From IMG/VR virus record IMGVR_UViG_2695420644_000002: a stretch of DNA of 11,469 nt, one strand, 5' to 3'. The position numbers and the translations under genes were made by a program. Under the pieces are notes generated by a model. That model saw nothing but the letters and a program-made list of their open reading frames with translations, made no database searches and was not told the origin of the DNA. This DNA is from a virus (Duplodnaviria > Heunggongvirae > Uroviricota > Caudoviricetes). Positions 6,596 to 11,469 of this stretch are shown one piece after another (the first letter of the stretch is position 1; each line of letters starts with the position of its first letter).

Positions 6596-7255
6596 GCCAT
6601 GCTCGACTATCCGGAAGTGGTCGTGCGCTTAACGCTGTGGTGTATCGTTGTTGGCCTCTATCCAACCTTGCTGATGACGTTAATCGGCGTGCTGTGGTTT
6701 CCCAGTCGTGCCATTTCGCAAATGCATCAGGCGCTTAATGATCGGCTTGATGATGCCATTAGTCACCTGACAGACAGCCTCGCACCGCTACCCGAAACGC
6801 GGATTGAAAGAGAGGCGCTGGCGCTACAAAAACTCAATGTCTTTTGCCTCGCGGACGATGCCAACTGGCGAACTCAAAACGCATGGTGGCAAAGCTGCGT
6901 GGCAACGGTAACCTACATTTACTCGACGCTGAATCGCTACGATCCCACCTCTTTTGCTGATTCTCAGGCAATTATTGAATTCCGACAAAAATTAGCTTCA
7001 GAAATCAACAAGCTGCAGCATGCCGTTGCTGAAGGTCAGTGCTGGCAAAGCGACTGGCGGATCAGTGAAAGTGAAGCGATGGCGGCACGGGAATGTAACC
7101 TGGAGAATATCTGCCAGACGTTGTTACAACTGGGTCAGATGGACCCGAATACGCCGCCAACGCCCGCAGCCAAACCGCCATCAATGGCCGCCGATGCTTT
7201 TACCAATCCAGACTATATGCGCTACGCGGTAAAAACGCTGCTCGCCTGTTTGATC
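6596..7255 (+). CDS. FUSC-family (fusaric acid resistance / aromatic acid exporter-like) inner membrane protein, internal fragment
   Basis: Translation AMLDYPEVVVRLTLWCIVVGLYPTLLMTLIGVLWFP...PDYMRYAVKTLLACLI: a hydrophobic segment, a long soluble linker, then the characteristic start of the second membrane domain. Which E. coli paralogue is not determinable from memory. Confidence 0.55.
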
Positions 7256-7258
7256 NGT

Positions 7259-7873
7259 TGCGCCGTAGCCCTGTACCACGTTCAGCACGCCCGCCGGAAT
7301 ACCGGCTTCCAGCGCCAGCTCACCCAGGCGGTCAGCGGTCAGCGGGGAGAGTTCTGACATCTTCAGCACCGCAGTATTGCCCAGCGCAAGACACGGCGCG
7401 ACCTTCCATGTGGCGGTCATAAACGGCACGTTCCACGGCGATACCAGCGCACAAACGCCTACCGGTTGCACCAGCGTGTAGTTGAGCATCTTGTCGTCAA
7501 CCGGATAGGTCTTGCCGTTCATCTGCTGGCAGACTTCCGCGAAAAATTCAAAGTTGTGAGAAGCGCGTGGGATCAACACATTTTTGGTCTGATGGATCGG
7601 CAGGCCCGTGTCCGCGGTTTCCATCGCGGCGATCTCAGGCACGTTCTGGTCGATCAGATCGCCCAGACGGCGCATCAGGCGCGCACGCTCTTTCATCGGC
7701 AGATTGGCCCATTTCGGGAACGCCTCTTTCGCTGCCGCTACCGCCTGATTGATCTCCGCTTCACCGCCAGAGGCCACATCCGCCAGCACTTCACCCGTCG
7801 CCGGATTGGTGGTCTGGAAGTAGTCGTTACCTGCAACATTTTTGCCGTTGATCCAATGATTTACTTTTTTCAT
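7259..7873 (-). CDS. hpaE: 5-carboxymethyl-2-hydroxymuconate semialdehyde dehydrogenase HpaE, N-terminal ~205 codons (3'-truncated at N 7256)
   Basis: Translation MKKVNHWINGKNVAGNDYFQTTNPATGEVLADVASGGEAEINQAVAAAKEAFPKWANLPMKERARLMRRLGDLIDQNVPEIAAMETADTGLPIHQTKNV...VVQGYGA matches HpaE of the E. coli 4-hydroxyphenylacetate meta-cleavage operon. GAGGAA RBS; start ATG overlaps the hpaG stop (ATGA at 7870-7873). Confidence 0.9.
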
Positions 7874-9159
7874 TTCGCTGTTTCCTCACTCACAATTCGG
7901 TTCACCAGGCAGCCCACGCCTTCTACTTCCACCACTACTTCATCGCCAGGCACCACGTCAGATAAGCCTTTTGGTGTGCCGGTGGCGATCATGTCGCCCG
8001 GATTCAGGGTCATAAATTCGCTTAAGTAGGCGATCAGGAAGGGCACGCTGAAGATCAGATCGGCGGTGGTGCCTTGCTGGCGTAACTCGCCGTTGACGAA
8101 GGTGCGAAGGGTCAGATTATGCGGGTCCGGGATCGCCTCTTTCGGCACGATGGTTGAAAGCATCGGCGTCAGTCCGTCGCGGCTTTTTACCCGCAGGTTA
8201 GGGCGGTAGTAGTTTTCCAGATAGTCGCGAATGGCGTAGTCGTTACACACGGTGTAGCCCGCGACATAATCCATGGCATCGGCTTCGCTGACGTTACGCG
8301 CCTGTTTGCCAATAACTACCACCAGCTCCGCTTCATAGTGCATGTATTCAATATTGTTTGGACGCACGGAGGTCTGGTTATCGCCAGTGAGGGTATTTGG
8401 CGCTTTCAGGAACACCAGCGGTTCTTCCGGTGGCTTAAATTCCAGTTCGCTGGCGTGGTCGGCGTAGTTCAGGCCGAGGGCAAACAGCGTGCCGTGCGGG
8501 TGTGGCTGCGTTGGGAAGCTCTTGCGCGTGGTCACTTCACGTTCGTCCACTACCGGATTTTCCAGCGGCGGGAAACCTTCTGCGAGAACACGAACGCGAT
8601 CGCCTGGCTGTATTTCCACGCGCGCCTGTGGCGTGCCGAGCAGAATGGCATCGCCTGGATTCAGTGTGGCAAATTCGCTCAGGGCGCTCAGCAACTGCGC
8701 GGCGTTACGTTGTAAATCGGCGGTATTCCAGTGATCGGCAGGACGCCCGTTGATCTCGGTATAGATGGTCAGATTATCGACATTGCTGAGAGCCACGGTT
8801 TCGCCAATGGGGCAGAATCCATCACGACATTTTGCTTTGATTGCCGGGCGGTAAAAGCTCTCTTCCGGCAGGCTGACGTCGTTAGCCAGCGCATATCCGG
8901 CGATGTACTCTGCCGCATCTTCTTCACGTACTTTCGTCGCCGTTTTTCCCACAATCAGCGCAACAGTCGCACCGCTCAGTACCTTTTCACCCTGTGGAAA
9001 GGGAATCGGTTCACCGCAACCAATCACCGTATTGCGCGGTTTAATAAACCAGACCGCAGTTTTAGGCGGGGCTTTGTAGGGGGATTGCTGGAACGCTTCC
9101 TGCCATGCATCAAGTTGGCTGCGATGGTTCAACGCTACGGCGAAGATAGTGCCTTTCAT
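7870..9159 (-). CDS. hpaG: Bifunctional 2-oxo-hept-3-ene-1,7-dioate isomerase / 5-carboxymethyl-2-oxo-hex-3-ene-1,7-dioate decarboxylase HpaG (complete, 429 aa)
   Basis: Translation MKGTIFAVALNHRSQLDAWQEAFQQSPYKAPPKTAVWFIKPRNTVIGCGEPIPFPQGEKVLSGATVALIVGK... with two FAH-like repeats. ATG at 9159 has GAGGAG 5 nt upstream; the track ORF adds two codons from a GTG at 9165. Length matches HpaG. Confidence 0.9.
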   Translation of the reverse strand: MKGTIFAVALNHRSQLDAWQEAFQQSPYKAPPKTAVWFIKPRNTVIGCGEPIPFPQGEKVLSGATVALIVGKTATKVREEDAAEYIAGYALANDVSLPEESFYRPAIKAKCRDGFCPIGETVALSNVDNLTIYTEINGRPADHWNTADLQRNAAQLLSALSEFATLNPGDAILLGTPQARVEIQPGDRVRVLAEGFPPLENPVVDEREVTTRKSFPTQPHPHGTLFALGLNYADHASELEFKPPEEPLVFLKAPNTLTGDNQTSVRPNNIEYMHYEAELVVVIGKQARNVSEADAMDYVAGYTVCNDYAIRDYLENYYRPNLRVKSRDGLTPMLSTIVPKEAIPDPHNLTLRTFVNGELRQQGTTADLIFSVPFLIAYLSEFMTLNPGDMIATGTPKGLSDVVPGDEVVVEVEGVGCLVNRIVSEETAK

Positions 9160-9430
9160 TACCACTCCTCGGATTCGATCATCTTAATCATTAATATGTT
9201 AATGATTACTTTTATTCCCGATTGCGTAGTTTGGCAAAAGTAAGTGATGTAAATGTGATCTAATTAACAAACTATTTACATTTAAGGATAATAAAATATT
9301 AAATATCAGTAAGTTAATAAAATATCATCAATTTTGATAAAATCAGGAATTGCAGGGGCAGCGCAGTCCCGGTAACGTGACGATTAACTGTTTCTATATT
9401 AATGATTTTGAATTTTTCAGGGGAAAGATA
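9160..9430. promoter_or_regulatory. hpaG-hpaR divergent control region: HpaR operator-like palindrome, CRP-like site, AT-rich tract
   Basis: Perfect inverted repeat TAATCATTAA-TATG-TTAATGATTA at 9185-9208 just upstream of hpaG. CRP-like TGTGA-N6-TAACA at 9254-9269 (one mismatch to TGTGA-N6-TCACA). The whole region is strongly AT-rich. Confidence 0.55.
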
Positions 9431-9877
9431 ATGCACGACTCACTAACCATTGCGTTGCTCCAGGCGCGAGAAGCGGCGATGAGTTATTTTCGCCCAATCG
9501 TTAAACGGCATAATTTGACTGAGCAACAGTGGCGCATCGTGCGTATTCTGGCGGAAAGCCCATCAATGGATTTTCACGATCTGGCGTATCGCGCCTGCAT
9601 TTTGCGCCCAAGCCTGACCGGGATCCTCACGCGGATGGAACGCGACGGTTTAGTGTTGCGATTAAAGCCGATCAATGATCAGCGGAAGCTCTATATCTCG
9701 CTGACCAAAGAGGGGCAGGCGCTGTATAACCGCGCCCAGACACAGATTGAAGAAGCCTATCGGCAGATTGAAGCTCAGTTTACTGCCGAGAAAATGCAAC
9801 AGTTAACCCATCTGCTAGAGGAATTTATTGCTCTGGGTAATTCCCGACAAGAAGACATCCCGGGCGATAATGAATAA
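9431..9877 (+). CDS. hpaR: MarR-family repressor HpaR of the homoprotocatechuate (hpa) meta operon (complete, 148 aa)
   Basis: Translation MHDSLTIALLQAREAAMSYFRPIVKRHNLTEQQWRIVRILAESPSMDFHDLAYRACILRPSLTGILTRMERDGLVLRLKPINDQRKLYISLTKEGQALYNRAQ..., a MarR-type winged helix, divergent from hpaG. ATG at 9431 preceded by AGGGGAAAG; the track ORF starting at 9350 is an upstream over-extension. Confidence 0.9.
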   Translation: MHDSLTIALLQAREAAMSYFRPIVKRHNLTEQQWRIVRILAESPSMDFHDLAYRACILRPSLTGILTRMERDGLVLRLKPINDQRKLYISLTKEGQALYNRAQTQIEEAYRQIEAQFTAEKMQQLTHLLEEFIALGNSRQEDIPGDNE

Positions 9878-9904
9878 CTTTTTAGTATCTGATAACCAGC
9901 GCNT

Positions 9905-10861
9905 GAAACATGGCATTACGACTTCCATCATCGGCGCGGAGTGATTGTTGAAGGCGGCAAGATGAGTAACCTTGATGCGATGGATATTACCGCGCCGTAT
10001 ACGCCTGGAGCGCTGCGCGGCGGCAGCCATGTGCATGTCTTTAGCCCGAACGGTGAAAGGGTGAGCTTTACCTATAACGACCATGTAATGCATCAACTCG
10101 ATCCGGCGCTGGATTTGCGAAACGTCGGTGTTGCTGCACCGTTTGGCCCGGTCAATGTACAAAAGCAGCATCCGCGTGAGTACAGTGGTAGCCACTGGTG
10201 CGTGCTGGTGAGTAAAACCACGCCCACGCCGCAGCCAGGCAGTGATGAAATCAATCGTGCTTATGAAGAAGGATGGGTAGGAAATCACACGCTGGCGTTT
10301 ATTGGCGACACACTTTCGCCAAAGGGCGAGAAAGTGCCGGAGCTGTTTATCGTTGAGTTACCGCAAGATGAAGCTGGCTGGAAAGCGGCAGGTGATGCGC
10401 CGTTAAGTGGAACGGAAACCACCCTGCCCGCGCCACCGCGCGGCGTCGTGCAGCGACGTTTAACCTTTACCCACCATCGGGCTTATCCGGGGTTAGTCAA
10501 CGTCCCGCGCCACTGGGTGCGCTGTAATCCGCAGGGTACGCAAATCGCGTTTTTAATGCGTGATGATAACGGCATTGTGCAACTATGGCTTATCTCGCCA
10601 CAGGGCGGCGAGCCGCGCCAGTTAACCCATAACAAAACGGATATTCAGTCTGCATTTAACTGGCATCCATCAGGAGAATGGTTGGGCTTTGTGCTGGATA
10701 ATCGAATTGCTTGTGCCCATGCGCAAAGCGGCGAGGTTGAGTATTTAACCGAAAACCACGCCAATCCGCCTTCTGCGGATGCCGTGGTCTTCTCACCGGA
10801 TGGTCAATGGCTGGCGTGGATGGAAGGTGGCCAGCTGTGGATCACCGAAACTGATCGCTAA
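9905..10861 (+). CDS. yidR: YidR-like DUF3748 beta-propeller protein, 5'-truncated at N 9903
   Basis: Frame is open from 9896 through the N with no plausible start until the internal GTG at 9941 or ATG at 9962. Translation ETWHYDFHHRRGVIVEGGKMSNLDAMDITAPYTPGALRGGSHVHVFSPNGERVSFTYNDH...GQWLAWMEGGQLWITETDR; convergent with yidQ. The yidR symbol is from memory of the K-12 yidQ neighbourhood. Confidence 0.6.
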   Translation, partial: ETWHYDFHHRRGVIVEGGKMSNLDAMDITAPYTPGALRGGSHVHVFSPNGERVSFTYNDHVMHQLDPALDLRNVGVAAPFGPVNVQKQHPREYSGSHWCVLVSKTTPTPQPGSDEINRAYEEGWVGNHTLAFIGDTLSPKGEKVPELFIVELPQDEAGWKAAGDAPLSGTETTLPAPPRGVVQRRLTFTHHRAYPGLVNVPRHWVRCNPQGTQIAFLMRDDNGIVQLWLISPQGGEPRQLTHNKTDIQSAFNWHPSGEWLGFVLDNRIACAHAQSGEVEYLTENHANPPSADAVVFSPDGQWLAWMEGGQLWITETDR

Positions 10862-10862
10862 A

Positions 10863-11195
10863 TCAGTTATCAGGCATTCTGGCCGGTGGAATAACCGCAT
10901 TGGTGGCTTGCGCGTTGGCTTCGCTTTTTTCAACGCGTGAGCGCACCGAGCTGTCTTTGCGGAACACATCCCACGGCAGTAAAAGCGTGTCCATCACAGC
11001 GGTAAACGGCATATCGAGAATCGCCAGCGACTTAGTGCCCCAGTTGGTTTCATCGTCGCCAATCATGGTGGCGCTGGCGCGGGTGCCGGGATACGTTCCT
11101 TCTTTCCCCCCGGTATGGGACATCACGCTGGAGCATCCTCCGAGTAATGTCATTCCGCTGCATATCATGAACGCTAACAACACATTTCTTATCAT
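10863..11195 (-). CDS. yidQ: Outer-membrane lipoprotein YidQ (DUF1375), complete 110 aa
   Basis: Real start is the internal ATG at 11195: MIRNVLLAFMICSGMTLLGGCSSVMSHTGGKEGTYPG... with signal peptide and lipobox (LGGC). The 34-codon N-terminal extension in the track ORF (from 11297) is not supported. Stop codon lies 1 nt from the yidR stop. Confidence 0.8.
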   Translation of the reverse strand: MIRNVLLAFMICSGMTLLGGCSSVMSHTGGKEGTYPGTRASATMIGDDETNWGTKSLAILDMPFTAVMDTLLLPWDVFRKDSSVRSRVEKSEANAQATNAVIPPARMPDN

Positions 11196-11382
11196 AATAA
11201 ATTCATCTGTTGATCGTGGGTGTTGGCCTGATGAGTTATAGCGATCCCTTGCTGAAAATAACATCATCATTACGTCGCTCTGTGGCGGCAATCGCACTTT
11301 AACGTTTCGTGCTGCCCCCTCAGTCTATGCAATAGACCATAAACTGCAAAAAAAAGTCCGCTGATAAGGCTTGAAAAGTTCA

Positions 11383-11469
11383 TTCCAGCCGCTTGTTCAG
11401 TACATGGTAAAGACGCTGAGTTTCAACCTGATAACGTTCAATAGCGTAAGGAATGGTTTGGGGGGCTGC
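11383..11469 (-). CDS. yfcG: GST-like disulfide-bond oxidoreductase YfcG, short internal fragment (29 codons, runs off the window end)
   Basis: Minus-strand translation AAPQTIPYAIERYQVETQRLYHVLNKRLE matches my recollection of an internal YfcG segment, which continues NSPWLGG in the native protein. Here it is followed instead by TGA and the yidQ upstream region, so the gene is cut at about 11383. Confidence 0.55.

Noticed and set aside
6185-6632. ORFs 6185..6367 (-) and 6447..6632 (+)
   Set aside because: Antisense to or out of frame with the terminase fragment.
7020-7232. 70-aa plus-strand ORF
   Set aside because: An alternative frame inside the FUSC-family fragment; Arg/Trp-rich translation.
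6179-7357. 392-aa plus-strand ORF treated as one gene
   Set aside because: It is a read-through across three N junctions: terminase C-terminus, FUSC fragment, then sequence antisense to hpaE.
7466-9243. Plus-strand ORFs 7466..8029, 7567..7752, 8338..8715, 8489..8734, 8502..8753, 8731..9243 and minus-strand 8769..8954
   Set aside because: All lie within hpaE/hpaG on the opposite strand or in other frames, in GC-rich coding sequence where long spurious antisense ORFs are common.
9350-9430. Upstream extension of hpaR to 9350
   Set aside because: HpaR begins MHDSLT at 9431 with its own RBS; the extension is in the AT-rich promoter region.
9815-10288. 157-aa minus-strand ORF
   Set aside because: Antisense to yidR and overlapping the hpaR 3' end across the N at 9903.
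10900-11297. Plus-strand ORF 10900..11241 and the N-terminal extension of yidQ to 11297
   Set aside because: The plus ORF is antisense to yidQ. The extension precedes the obvious lipoprotein signal peptide that starts at the ATG at 11195.

Overview
This 11.5-kb window reads as a patchwork of Escherichia coli-type chromosomal and prophage segments, not one contiguous natural locus. I count at least 11 breakpoints where the sequence switches between loci that are not neighbours in E. coli: seven sit on the short N runs (396-398, 1521-1524, 3432-3435, 6204, 6594-6595, 7256, 9903) and four are N-free (~152, ~1678, ~2067, ~11383). Genes are cut mid-ORF at most of them. Recognisable pieces, in order: an unidentified ORF 3' end, an nlpD fragment, dapF (3'-truncated) with yifL, a fliF fragment, a ydbK (pyruvate:flavodoxin oxidoreductase) fragment, tsgA (3'-truncated), a Rac-like lambdoid prophage immunity/replication region, a lambda-type terminase large-subunit C-terminal fragment, a FUSC-family membrane protein fragment, hpaE (5' part)-hpaG-hpaR with their control region, yidR (5'-truncated) with yidQ, and a yfcG fragment. 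No rRNA, tRNA or CRISPR array was seen. I did not find a convincing novel multi-gene system. The most interesting biology is the prophage block at 3692-6203: three tightly coupled small ORFs, a cI-like repressor flanked by repeated operator-like motifs, YdaS/YdaT-family genes, and an O-like replication gene carrying a five-copy iteron array. All identifications are from reading the translations against remembered protein families; no database search was run.
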